From a virus: a stretch of DNA of 64,000 bases. The translations under genes and the position numbers were made by a program. Positions 45,492 to 54,777 of the stretch are shown here, piece after piece. The stretch is from the IMG/VR virus record IMGVR_UViG_3300034280_001042, positions 1 to 64,000 of that record; one strand, written 5' to 3'. The first letter of the stretch is position 1; the number at the start of each line of letters is the position of its first letter. Below the pieces are notes generated by a model. The model was not told the origin of the DNA. It did not search any database and saw nothing but the letters and a program-made list of their open reading frames with translations.

Positions 45492-46213
45492 TATTAGGAA
45501 TATCTGGAAGAAAACAGTCCGGTAAAAGTACTACTGGAAATTTTATATACTCTATCTATATGTCTAATCTTGGCATATCCAATAAAGTATATATCAACGA
45601 GTATGGACAAATTATAGTATCTGATTTATTGGGGGATACTAATTATGCTGGAGTATTTGATCCTACCAATCATTATGGTAATAACGACTATATTATTTCC
45701 CAAGTGTTTGAAAAATTAGCTCCATATATTAAGATATATAATTTTGCAGATGTCTTGAAGAGGGATATTTGTATGAATATTCTTGGATTAACCTATGATC
45801 AATGTTATGGTTCTGATGAAGAAAAAAATGCGCCAACGAACCTTCAATTAGACGGTAAGTGTCTATCAGCCAGAGATATTTTACAATATATAGGAACCGA
45901 CGTATTTCGTAAAATTAAACCAGACGTTTGGGTGGAAGCTACGATTACTAAAATAAAGAAAGATAAACCAGAGTTAGCTATTATTACAGACTGCAGATTT
46001 CCAAATGAAGTAGACATAGTTAAAAATAATAATGGTAAAATTCTGAGACTTTCAAGAGATTTGCATCATTCTGACCACATTAGCGAAACCATCTTAGATC
46101 CAGAAAATTATAATTGGACAAATTTTGATTTTGTATTAAATAATGATAATATGTCCATATTAGAACAACTAACAGAAACCAAAAATATTTTAGAGGAGAT
46201 ACTAAAATTATAA
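45485..46213 (+). CDS. Deoxynucleoside monophosphate kinase
   Basis: GISGRKQSGKST, FAD.LK, R..LQ.IGT and ITDCRFPNE. Confidence 0.85.
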   Translation: MLILGISGRKQSGKSTTGNFIYSIYMSNLGISNKVYINEYGQIIVSDLLGDTNYAGVFDPTNHYGNNDYIISQVFEKLAPYIKIYNFADVLKRDICMNILGLTYDQCYGSDEEKNAPTNLQLDGKCLSARDILQYIGTDVFRKIKPDVWVEATITKIKKDKPELAIITDCRFPNEVDIVKNNNGKILRLSRDLHHSDHISETILDPENYNWTNFDFVLNNDNMSILEQLTETKNILEEILKL

Positions 46214-47247
46214 TCACATACTTTCGAAGTAGTTCATATAATACCCACAGTCTTTGTGAGCAACAATATTTTATTGAATATGTTCTTGGATGGAGAGGTC
46301 CGTCTGGTCAAAAGGCCGATAAAGGAACTATTGTCCATAAGGTTTTAGAAATTTTAGCTGTCATTAAAAAAGGACAGCAAGACGGTATGACCGAAATAGA
46401 CGATGATGTAGTTGGCCATATTGATGTGAATAATTATAATCTGGATACTATCACACAAAAAGTATACAAGCACTACACAGAGAGATCTCCGCATCACAAG
46501 TGGGCACCTAAAGACTATAAGGATTGTCATTCCTGGGTTTATAAGGCAATCGAATTAAATAATGGCATGTTTGATCCTAGAAATCGTAATATTTTAATGC
46601 CAGAACAACATTTTGATTTTGAAATAAAAAAACCATGGTCTAAATACTCTTATAATCTTACAGACGGTTCTGTATTAGAGGGTAATTTGGCCATGAAAGG
46701 TACTATTGATTTAATAACTCTTGTTAATAAAGATACTATCGAGGTAATTGACTGGAAAACAGGTAAAAGATTAGACTGGGCAACGGGACAAGAAAAAACC
46801 CAAGAAAAGCTTGAGAACGATCCACAACTAAGAATTTACCACTATGCCATTAAACACTTATATCCTGATATTAAAAACATTATATTCTCTATCTATTTTA
46901 TTAATGATGGTGGACCTTTTTCTATTTGTTTTCATGATAGCGATATTGCTGAAACAGAAAATATACTTCGTAGAAAATTTGATATAATAAAACAAACTAC
47001 TAAACCTAAACTTAATAAGTCTTGGATGTGTAGTAAACTGTGTCATTTTGGTAAGACTACTTTTGCTAATACTAGTATCGAACCTGTTATCGAGTATAGA
47101 AATGGTCAGTTGTGCTCAAAGGACACGACCATGACAAAGTGCGAACAAATAAAACACGATCTAGACTTATATGGAATCGACGCTACTATAGGGCTATACA
47201 AGCACCCGAATCACTCCTTTGGATCATACAAAGCTCCCGGAACATGA
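46207..47247 (+). CDS. Cas4/RecB-like PD-(D/E)xK exonuclease; probable non-canonical ATT start
   Basis: Frame is open upstream of ATG 46387 and encodes IITYFRSSSY..HSLCEQQY..GTIVH..LE; GTIDL, IDWKTG, QL.IY and C-terminal Cys cluster; GAGGAG lies 8 nt before ATT 46207. Confidence 0.8.
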   Translation: MIITYFRSSSYNTHSLCEQQYFIEYVLGWRGPSGQKADKGTIVHKVLEILAVIKKGQQDGMTEIDDDVVGHIDVNNYNLDTITQKVYKHYTERSPHHKWAPKDYKDCHSWVYKAIELNNGMFDPRNRNILMPEQHFDFEIKKPWSKYSYNLTDGSVLEGNLAMKGTIDLITLVNKDTIEVIDWKTGKRLDWATGQEKTQEKLENDPQLRIYHYAIKHLYPDIKNIIFSIYFINDGGPFSICFHDSDIAETENILRRKFDIIKQTTKPKLNKSWMCSKLCHFGKTTFANTSIEPVIEYRNGQLCSKDTTMTKCEQIKHDLDLYGIDATIGLYKHPNHSFGSYKAPGT

Positions 47248-49109
47248 AACAATACATCCCTTTGCATGTACATTCTCATTATAGTCTTATGGATGGTCTT
47301 AGTAAGCCAGCTCAAATAGCAACTAGATGTGCTAAAATTGGAGTTCAATCTTGTGCTATTACTGATCATGGATCTATTTCTGGAACAGTACAGTTTTATC
47401 AAGCACTTAAGAAACAAAAGATAAAACCAATACTAGGTTGTGAGCTATATATTTCTAAAGACAATAGTTCATTAAAAGTCAAAGAAAATAGCAAACTAAG
47501 TCACTTTTTAGTTTTGGCTAAAAACTATGCTGGGTGGAAAACCTTGATTAATATTGTTTCAGAATCTAACTCAGAATCTAACTTTTATCATAAGCCAAGA
47601 CTAGACTTTAAAACACTATCCAAGCTATTAGATGGTAATATTATAGGATTTTGTGGTCATTTGGGATCCAGTCTAGCTAATCTAATTCAAGAATCCACAG
47701 ATTCCATAGAAAAGTCTGGCACAGAATTCATTGCTCAAATGAAAGATATTTTTGGTCAAGACAATTTCTTTCTAGAAGCACAACTAATGGATAGAGAGTA
47801 TTCTAAAGAACAAATAGAAATGACAGAGCATATTAGAAGGCTTGGTCAAATAACTAATACTAAAGTAATCTGTACTCCAGATGCCCATTATTGTGAAAAA
47901 GAAGACGCTATTGATCAACGCATATTACTATGTAATAATCTTAAAACAACACTAATTGATGTCAATAAAAAAATTCTTAACGATGAATCTGTAGCTATGG
48001 ATTGTTTTTTTAAGTCAGATAATTTCCATATTCTAAGTCCAGAAGAAATGGCAAGTCTACATACAGACGAAGAAATAGAAAATACTAACTATGTAAATTC
48101 ATTATGTGAAGAATACGATATTCTACACAAACCTCTTCTTCCAGAATTTAAATGTCCGCCAAACTTTAATCCCGACGAATATCTAAGAGAACTATGTCGT
48201 AAAGGATGGAGAGAAAAAATAGATAAGCAAATAGCTAAAGAAGACCATCAACAGTATGTAGATAGAATCAAATTTGAACTAGAAATCTTACAAGGTGCCG
48301 GATTATCTAGTTACTTTTTAATTGTGCAAGATATTGTTAATCTCGTTAGATCTAAGGGTTGGTTGCCGGGTCCGGGTAGAGGTTCTGCTGCTGGATGTTT
48401 AGTATCATATCTAATCGGAATCACGTCTATCAATCCTATAAAGTATGATTTGATCTTTGAAAGATTTTATAATGCTGGTAGAAACACATCAGACCATATC
48501 TCTATGCCAGATATTGATGTTGACGTACCCATTAATAAAAGAGAACAGATTATCTCATATATTAAAAACAAGTATGGTCACGATAAAGTATCTCAAATGA
48601 TTACATTTAATACTATGAAGGGTCGAGGAGCCCTAAAAGAAGTATTAAGAGTCTATGGTAATATTAGTTTCGACGAAATGAACCGTATAACTAAATACAT
48701 TCCGGATGAAGCTAAAATTGCAGACGAACTACAAGAGATGAAAGAAGATACTGGAGAAGCATCAATTATTCGATGGGCCTTAGAAAATAATGTTGACAAA
48801 CTCAAAGAATGGTGCTATATATCTGAAGACAATACACTAGCAGGCCCTCTTGCTAAAAGATTTGAACAAGCTATACGTTTAGAAGGAACAAAATCTAACC
48901 AATCGAAACATGCTGCTGGTGTAGTTATTAGTAGCGAAAATCTAAAACTTGTTTGTCCTATGATATATGATTCTAAGAACAAGCAGTCGATTGCTGGTAT
49001 GGAGATGCAAGATTTAGAAAGCCTTGGCGTGATTAAATTTGATATTCTTGGTATAGCTATGTTGGATAAAATTATGACTATAACAGATATCCTTAAAAAT
49101 GGAGAATAA
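47244..49109 (+). CDS. dnaE: DNA polymerase III alpha, N-terminal half (PHP plus palm/thumb)
   Basis: Start ATG 47244 (ATGA overlap); HVHSHYS, TDHG, DAHY, GRGSAAG, FERF, MPDIDVD, HAAGVV and KFDILG. Confidence 0.92.
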   Translation: MKQYIPLHVHSHYSLMDGLSKPAQIATRCAKIGVQSCAITDHGSISGTVQFYQALKKQKIKPILGCELYISKDNSSLKVKENSKLSHFLVLAKNYAGWKTLINIVSESNSESNFYHKPRLDFKTLSKLLDGNIIGFCGHLGSSLANLIQESTDSIEKSGTEFIAQMKDIFGQDNFFLEAQLMDREYSKEQIEMTEHIRRLGQITNTKVICTPDAHYCEKEDAIDQRILLCNNLKTTLIDVNKKILNDESVAMDCFFKSDNFHILSPEEMASLHTDEEIENTNYVNSLCEEYDILHKPLLPEFKCPPNFNPDEYLRELCRKGWREKIDKQIAKEDHQQYVDRIKFELEILQGAGLSSYFLIVQDIVNLVRSKGWLPGPGRGSAAGCLVSYLIGITSINPIKYDLIFERFYNAGRNTSDHISMPDIDVDVPINKREQIISYIKNKYGHDKVSQMITFNTMKGRGALKEVLRVYGNISFDEMNRITKYIPDEAKIADELQEMKEDTGEASIIRWALENNVDKLKEWCYISEDNTLAGPLAKRFEQAIRLEGTKSNQSKHAAGVVISSENLKLVCPMIYDSKNKQSIAGMEMQDLESLGVIKFDILGIAMLDKIMTITDILKNGE

Positions 49110-49111
49110 TT

Positions 49112-49297
49112 ATGGAGAAACAGTTCAGTCAATTAGCAGTAGGTGATAAGTTTATGGTAAATGGCGTACAATATGTTAAAGCAGTAGAAGTTAAAGTTAG
49201 TTGTTGCAAGTCGATCAACGCAACTGCTTCGGCTAACAGTAACGAGAAGACTTTTTTCCCAGGAAATACCCTAGTAACAGTGGAAACCAATGGCTAA
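49112..49297 (+). CDS. Small beta-rich protein inside the split dnaE locus
   Basis: GGAG RBS; its stop overlaps the exonuclease start; SCCK motif. Confidence 0.6.
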   Translation: MEKQFSQLAVGDKFMVNGVQYVKAVEVKVSCCKSINATASANSNEKTFFPGNTLVTVETNG

Positions 49298-49988
49298 TTT
49301 TCAAAAATTTTGTGTGTTCGATTTAGAGACAGATGGTTCTAATCCAGATGTCTGTAGTCCAGTACAAATTGCTGCTGTGATTATAGATCCTTTTAGATTA
49401 GAAATAGTGAAAGATTCAGAGTTTAATATCACACTAAAACCAGCAGCTTTGGAAGAAAAAGAAGAATACGCCTATGAAGATAGCGATGTTCTTGATTTTC
49501 ATGCCAAAGTAAGGGGGTGCGCTAAAGACAAGATTCTATCAGATTGGCATTCTTATCAGAAACAAGAGCATGGATGGAAGATGTTTGTATCTTACCTAGA
49601 TATGTATCATACAAGGTCCGATAGAAAATCTTGCTTTAGTGCCCCTATTGCTGCTGGATATAATATTAACAGATTCGACTTAAAAATCATAGATAGATTA
49701 AGTCAGAAATATAAGAACATCAATAAGGAAGGAAAATCCAGTCTTTTTTATCCAAGAGACGTTGTGGATTTAATGAATGTTGTATTTTATTGGTTCGAAG
49801 GTAATAACGAACTCAAAAATTACACACTAGACCATGTAAGAGATTACTTTGGTTTAAGCAAAGAAGGTTCACATGATGCTCTTAAAGATGTTAAAGACAC
49901 AGCAGAGCTTTTGATTAGGTTTATGAGACTATTTAGGAACACATCATCTAAGGTAAAATTTAAAGGATCGTGTACAGCAAATGGCTGA
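49290..49988 (+). CDS. DEDDh 3'-5' exonuclease (DnaQ/epsilon-like)
   Basis: ExoI FDLET, ExoII YN..RFD and ExoIII HDAL.D. Confidence 0.9.
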   Translation: MANFQKFCVFDLETDGSNPDVCSPVQIAAVIIDPFRLEIVKDSEFNITLKPAALEEKEEYAYEDSDVLDFHAKVRGCAKDKILSDWHSYQKQEHGWKMFVSYLDMYHTRSDRKSCFSAPIAAGYNINRFDLKIIDRLSQKYKNINKEGKSSLFYPRDVVDLMNVVFYWFEGNNELKNYTLDHVRDYFGLSKEGSHDALKDVKDTAELLIRFMRLFRNTSSKVKFKGSCTANG

Positions 49989-51606
49989 GTATTATACTTT
50001 TGATTGCGGTTGTAAATTTCCTGTTATTTCTCAGTCTGGTGAATTCCCTAAAATTGATTTTACTCCAAATGTAGAGAATCTAAATTTAGATTGCCAAAGA
50101 ACATGGGAACTGATATCAGAAGGAAATACAAAAGGTTGTTTTCAGCTAGAGTCTAGGTTAGGCCAAACGATGGCCCGTAAGCTTAAACCAGAAAATATGG
50201 AACAGCTATCTGGTCTGATCAGTATTCTTAGACCAGGATGTTTGGAAGCCTATAGAGATGGCAAAAGCGTATCTAATCACTATATAGATAAAAAGAATGG
50301 ATCTGAGTCAATTGACTTTTTCCATCCTGCTCTTGAAGAATCTTTAAAGAGTACCTACTCAGAAATGGTCTACCAAGAACAGGCTATGCAAATCTCACAA
50401 AAAATTGCGGGATTTGATCTTCAAGAAGCCGATATGTTAAGAAAAGCTATTGGGAAAAAGAAACCAGAAGAAATGGCTAAGGTTAAAAAGAAATTCATTG
50501 AGGGAGCAAAAAAGGTTAAAATTGTTGACGAATCTGAAGCAGAAGAGATTTTCGGTTGGATAGAAAAATCTCAGAGATATAGTTTTAATAAGTCCCACGC
50601 GATTTCATATGCTATTAATGCTTATATGTCAGCATATGCGAAAGCACACTTCCCAAGAATCTTTTTTGCATCATATCTAAGATTTGCTAAAGACAAAATA
50701 GATCCTCAACAGGAAATAAAAGAGCTGGTTAGAAATGCAACCGAAATGGATATTATTGTTTCTATTCCAGATATACGATATCTAAACGAATTCTTTATTC
50801 TCAAGAATAAGATTATTTATTTTGGATTAACAGATATCAAAGGGGTTGGTCAATCTGTCTTTAAGAAGATATTAAGCTTAACAAAAGAAATAGACCTCAA
50901 AACCGCAACATGGCTACAAATCCTAACTCAACTACTGCTCAATATTAATTCAACAGCAAGTAAAGCATTGATCTCTGCTGGGGCTTTGGACTATTTAAAA
51001 AAGAATAGAACAGAGATGCTATTTGAATATGATATATGCTCTTCTTTAACTAAAAAAGAATTACAGCTTTTAATGGAAATAATATCAGAAAGCAATCCCA
51101 AGAACCTCAAAGAAGCATTAGGTTCTATGTTGTTAATCAAAAAAGTGACTAAAAATAGGCAACCTAATATTCAAGCTTTAATTCAGTCTATAGATAAACC
51201 TCCATATTCTTTGCTAGATAAAATTGAGTGGTTATCTGACTCTGAGAATTCTTTACTTGGCACAGCAATAACCTGTTCCAAGCTGGATACTTATGATACT
51301 AGTATGTCAAACTGTAACTGTAAAACATTTAAAACTACTTTTACCAAAGAAAATATTGTTTTAGCTGCCGAAATTAGTAATATCAATATTACCAAAACCA
51401 AAAACGGTAAAAATCCAGGACAAGAAATGGCCTTTCTCACAATTGAAGATCAGTACGGAGTATTGGATTCTGTTGTCTTTTTTCCAGAACAATTAGCTAA
51501 ATATAAACATCATTTATTTGTTGAGAATATTCTCGTTTTTGTAGGAAATAAAAGCAAGACCAAAGACGGTCTTATAGTAGAAAAATGTTTCATCCCAGTC
51601 ACTTGA
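49981..51606 (+). CDS. dnaE: DNA polymerase III alpha, C-terminal half (fingers, HhH, OB)
   Basis: T.GCFQLES, RPG, VYQEQ.M, AD.LRKAIGKKK, YSFNKSHA.SY, FGL..IKGVG and MAFLT.ED. Confidence 0.92.
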   Translation: MAEYYTFDCGCKFPVISQSGEFPKIDFTPNVENLNLDCQRTWELISEGNTKGCFQLESRLGQTMARKLKPENMEQLSGLISILRPGCLEAYRDGKSVSNHYIDKKNGSESIDFFHPALEESLKSTYSEMVYQEQAMQISQKIAGFDLQEADMLRKAIGKKKPEEMAKVKKKFIEGAKKVKIVDESEAEEIFGWIEKSQRYSFNKSHAISYAINAYMSAYAKAHFPRIFFASYLRFAKDKIDPQQEIKELVRNATEMDIIVSIPDIRYLNEFFILKNKIIYFGLTDIKGVGQSVFKKILSLTKEIDLKTATWLQILTQLLLNINSTASKALISAGALDYLKKNRTEMLFEYDICSSLTKKELQLLMEIISESNPKNLKEALGSMLLIKKVTKNRQPNIQALIQSIDKPPYSLLDKIEWLSDSENSLLGTAITCSKLDTYDTSMSNCNCKTFKTTFTKENIVLAAEISNINITKTKNGKNPGQEMAFLTIEDQYGVLDSVVFFPEQLAKYKHHLFVENILVFVGNKSKTKDGLIVEKCFIPVT

Positions 51607-51630
51607 CACCAACCCGACTCCAAATATAAT
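51603..51630 (+). promoter_or_regulatory. Consensus sigma70 promoter for ssb (TTGACA-16 nt-TATAAT)
   Basis: Perfect -35 (overlapping the dnaE-C stop) and perfect -10. Confidence 0.8.
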
Positions 51631-51681
51631 ACTCATGGCGTTTGAGTTTTTTTGAGTTTAAACTTTTAGGAGAATATTCAT

Positions 51682-52056
51682 ATGAATATTACTTTGCTTC
51701 GAGGGAATTTAGCTAGAGATCCAGAATTGCGTATTGTTAACACTTCAGGTAAGCAAACATCTGTGGTCAACTTTACTGTTGCAGTATCTAGAGAGTATGT
51801 GAAGGCTAGCGGAGATAAGGATAAGATTACTTCCTTTATTAACTGTGAAGCCTGGGATACCGGGGCTGAGATGATTGCAGAATCCTTTAAGAAGGGTGAT
51901 CTAGTAATGATTGAGGGATCTTTACGAAATGACTCGTGGGAAAAAGACGGTGTGAAACACAGCAGCTTGAAGGTTAGAGTAAATAACTTTTCAAAGATCG
52001 CTAAGCTATCACGACCAAGTAGTAAAACAGAAAATGCTGAGTCTGTAGCTTTCTGA
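51682..52056 (+). CDS. ssb: Single-stranded DNA-binding protein
   Basis: L.GNL.RDPELR, F.VAV, CEAW, KG..V.IEG.L..W and a short tail ending AF; AGGAG RBS. Confidence 0.93.
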   Translation: MNITLLRGNLARDPELRIVNTSGKQTSVVNFTVAVSREYVKASGDKDKITSFINCEAWDTGAEMIAESFKKGDLVMIEGSLRNDSWEKDGVKHSSLKVRVNNFSKIAKLSRPSSKTENAESVAF

Positions 52057-52079
52057 ACATAATTCATCCAGGAAAAAGC

Positions 52080-52110
52080 AGAATACGGGGGCGAAAGCCC
52101 CCTTATTTTG
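52080..52110 (+). terminator. Intrinsic terminator after ssb
   Basis: GGGGGC-GAAA-GCCCCC hairpin (52087-52102) followed by TTATTTT. Confidence 0.75.
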
Positions 52111-52120
52111 TATCTATAAT

Positions 52121-53785
52121 ATGTCAAACAAACTTAAAATCTTAATGTGTTCCGAAGCTAGTTTTTTAAATTCTGGATTTGGAACGTATACCAAAGAACT
52201 ACTCTCTCGTCTTCATAAAACCAACAAATATGTTATTGCAGAATTTGCTTCTTATGGTTTTGTCAATGACCCAAGAGACAAAGACATTGAGTGGACCTAC
52301 TACGCAAACGCTGTAAAAGACACGGACCCTAGACATAAAGAATATACGTCTAGAGGAGATAACCAATTTGGTCGATGGAGATTTGAGAAAGTTCTATTAG
52401 ATTTTAAGCCAGATGTAGTTATTGATATTAGAGACTATTGGATGACAGCATACCAAGAAACGTCGCCTTTGCGTAAGTATTTTCATTGGATTCTGATGCC
52501 AACAGTGGATTCTGAACCACAACAAGAGGACTGGATAGATACCTTCTTATCGGCAGATGCTATTTTTACATATTCTGATTGGGGTGCAGAAGTTCTTAAA
52601 AAACAAAGCTCCAACAAGATTAAATATATTGATACTGTTTCTCCAGGAGTTGATTTAAATACATTTAAGATCAAAGACAGAACAGCTATAAAAAAAGCAG
52701 CAGGATTCAAAGATAATGACATTATCATTGGTTCTGTCATGAGAAATCAAAAAAGGAAACTCTTTCCAGAACTGCTAACATCTTTTCGCTCTGTCTTAGA
52801 TAATCTTGAAAATACTAATCCAGAACTTGGCTCAAGACTATTTTTATATCTACATACCAGCTATCCAGATATGGGATGGGATATTCCCGAACTCTTAAAG
52901 GATACTAGATTAGCTAACAAGGTTTTCTTTTCGTATGTATGCAAAAGTTGCAAAAATACTAGCTGTAATGTTTATAGTGGTGTTCAAACAGTTTGTCAAA
53001 AATGTTTGCACAAAACATGCGGTATGCCATCTGTTACAGATGGATTTAGCTCATCAAATTTAGCAGACGTATATAATCTGTTCGATCTTTACGTTCAATA
53101 TTCCATATGTGAGGGATTTGGGATGCCTCAAGTGGAGGCCGGGGCCTGTGGAGTACCCGTTGCAACGGTTGATTATAGTGCTATGTGCGACGTTATTAAA
53201 AAGCTCGATGCCTTCCCAATCAGGGTTAAAACCAAGTTCAAGGAACTCGAAACCAAAGCATTAAGAGTATATCCAGATAATGATCACTTGGCCAGTATTA
53301 TCTTAGATTATATACAGTTACCAGAAGATATTAGAAACAATAAAAGACAAACAATTAGAAAATTGACAGAAAAATATTATGATTGGGATCAAGTAGCCGA
53401 AACATGGGAAAAGTATCTGGATAGCTTAGACCAATCAGGGTTCAGATCAAATTGGGACTCTAAAGCCCAGACGATTGGCCCAATACAAAAATCTCAAAAT
53501 ATTAATCGTCACGATCATTTCGAAACACTATTATCAACCTGTAGCTATCCTTTCAACAAACCGGACATGATAGCATCTGCAAAAATTCTAGGTATGCTAC
53601 GAGATGCTGATTATGGATTTGCTCAAGGCGGACCAACTCAAATTATTCCTTTTGGATATAACAACATAGAAGACTATTTACAAATCTTGGTTAATAATCA
53701 AAACCATGCTGAGAAGGTCAAAGAAGACAAAGTTTCTTTTGACGAAGATTTTATCCTATACGCAAAGCTGAAGAATCAAAAATGA
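52121..53785 (+). CDS. GT4-family (GT-B) glycosyltransferase with a Cys-rich insertion
   Basis: SGFG, PGVD, RNQKRK, YNLFD and EGFGMP.VEA.ACG.P; CKSC..C..CQKC..C insert. Confidence 0.85.
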   Translation: MSNKLKILMCSEASFLNSGFGTYTKELLSRLHKTNKYVIAEFASYGFVNDPRDKDIEWTYYANAVKDTDPRHKEYTSRGDNQFGRWRFEKVLLDFKPDVVIDIRDYWMTAYQETSPLRKYFHWILMPTVDSEPQQEDWIDTFLSADAIFTYSDWGAEVLKKQSSNKIKYIDTVSPGVDLNTFKIKDRTAIKKAAGFKDNDIIIGSVMRNQKRKLFPELLTSFRSVLDNLENTNPELGSRLFLYLHTSYPDMGWDIPELLKDTRLANKVFFSYVCKSCKNTSCNVYSGVQTVCQKCLHKTCGMPSVTDGFSSSNLADVYNLFDLYVQYSICEGFGMPQVEAGACGVPVATVDYSAMCDVIKKLDAFPIRVKTKFKELETKALRVYPDNDHLASIILDYIQLPEDIRNNKRQTIRKLTEKYYDWDQVAETWEKYLDSLDQSGFRSNWDSKAQTIGPIQKSQNINRHDHFETLLSTCSYPFNKPDMIASAKILGMLRDADYGFAQGGPTQIIPFGYNNIEDYLQILVNNQNHAEKVKEDKVSFDEDFILYAKLKNQK

Positions 53786-54777
53786 ATACAATATATCTAG
53801 GACCATATAGAGATAATACAATTAATGGGGTGTGGTCGTATAATATTTTATCCAGCCTATTAGAACATCCAAACCATCAAGTAACTTGCAGACCAATATA
53901 CTTAGAATCATCAAATGTAAGTACTCGCAATCCTAGAAATAACGATTCTGCTATATCGGCAGCAGAACATACCATTCAGTCAACATATGACTGCTTGATT
54001 CAACATATACGTCCAGAAAATATTGTTTCTAATAAATCTCTTAAAAATATTTGTATACCAATTATAGATAGTGAATTTTTATCTCATAAAGCTATTACCA
54101 ATCTTAAGAATTGTGATTTAATTCTAGTTGATAATGCATTAAATTTCCAAAAGTTATCTACCATACTTGAACAAACCTCAAACATAGAGCTATTTCAATA
54201 TGGGGTTGATACTAATTATGGCAATGATACATATGATTTTGGTCCATATTCGTATATGAAAAAAATGTATACGATAGCGAATTATGCTGCAAATTCTGAT
54301 CTTTATAGCGATCTTTTGATAGACTTTATTATTTTGACACAAAAATATGAAAACTTATGTTTGGTTTTATTTGTTGTAGATTCCGGAGGGTCTATACAAG
54401 AAATACAAAAGATAATAGATAAAACATATGAGAGCCTCAATATAATAGCTTCGCTCAAAAAGATTTGTATTATACCAATCTTACCAACTATAGAAAATCT
54501 GGTTTCTTGTCATAAAATATGTGATATGTATTTGAATATTAACGATGACATTCGTAGCACAGCAAACTCTGCATATGCGTATGCCTTAGATAAGCCAACA
54601 ATTGAACACCATAATCTATCGTTTCAAATGACCCCTATAAGAAATAGTAAAATTAGTAAACATTGGTACGATGTCCCATCTAATCAGAGTATAATGACAG
54701 CTATGCAAAATATTTTATCTAATCCAACTAAGGGTCAGTTTTTACCAAATTCAAAATCTCTGGAATTGTTTTTATGA
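53782..54777 (+). CDS. Divergent GT-B-like protein
   Basis: YLGPYRD, H..P and H..CD.YL; weak match. Confidence 0.45.
   Translation: MNTIYLGPYRDNTINGVWSYNILSSLLEHPNHQVTCRPIYLESSNVSTRNPRNNDSAISAAEHTIQSTYDCLIQHIRPENIVSNKSLKNICIPIIDSEFLSHKAITNLKNCDLILVDNALNFQKLSTILEQTSNIELFQYGVDTNYGNDTYDFGPYSYMKKMYTIANYAANSDLYSDLLIDFIILTQKYENLCLVLFVVDSGGSIQEIQKIIDKTYESLNIIASLKKICIIPILPTIENLVSCHKICDMYLNINDDIRSTANSAYAYALDKPTIEHHNLSFQMTPIRNSKISKHWYDVPSNQSIMTAMQNILSNPTKGQFLPNSKSLELFL

Noticed and set aside
46207-47247. CRISPR-associated cas4
   Set aside because: Stand-alone in a replication operon with no cas1/cas2 or array; typical phage RecB/Cas4-like exonuclease
49000-50100. Split intein or group I intron explaining the dnaE break
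   Set aside because: No intein N-terminal block or His-Asn/Cys junction. The intervening DNA is fully occupied by two coupled ORFs, leaving no room for ribozyme structure.
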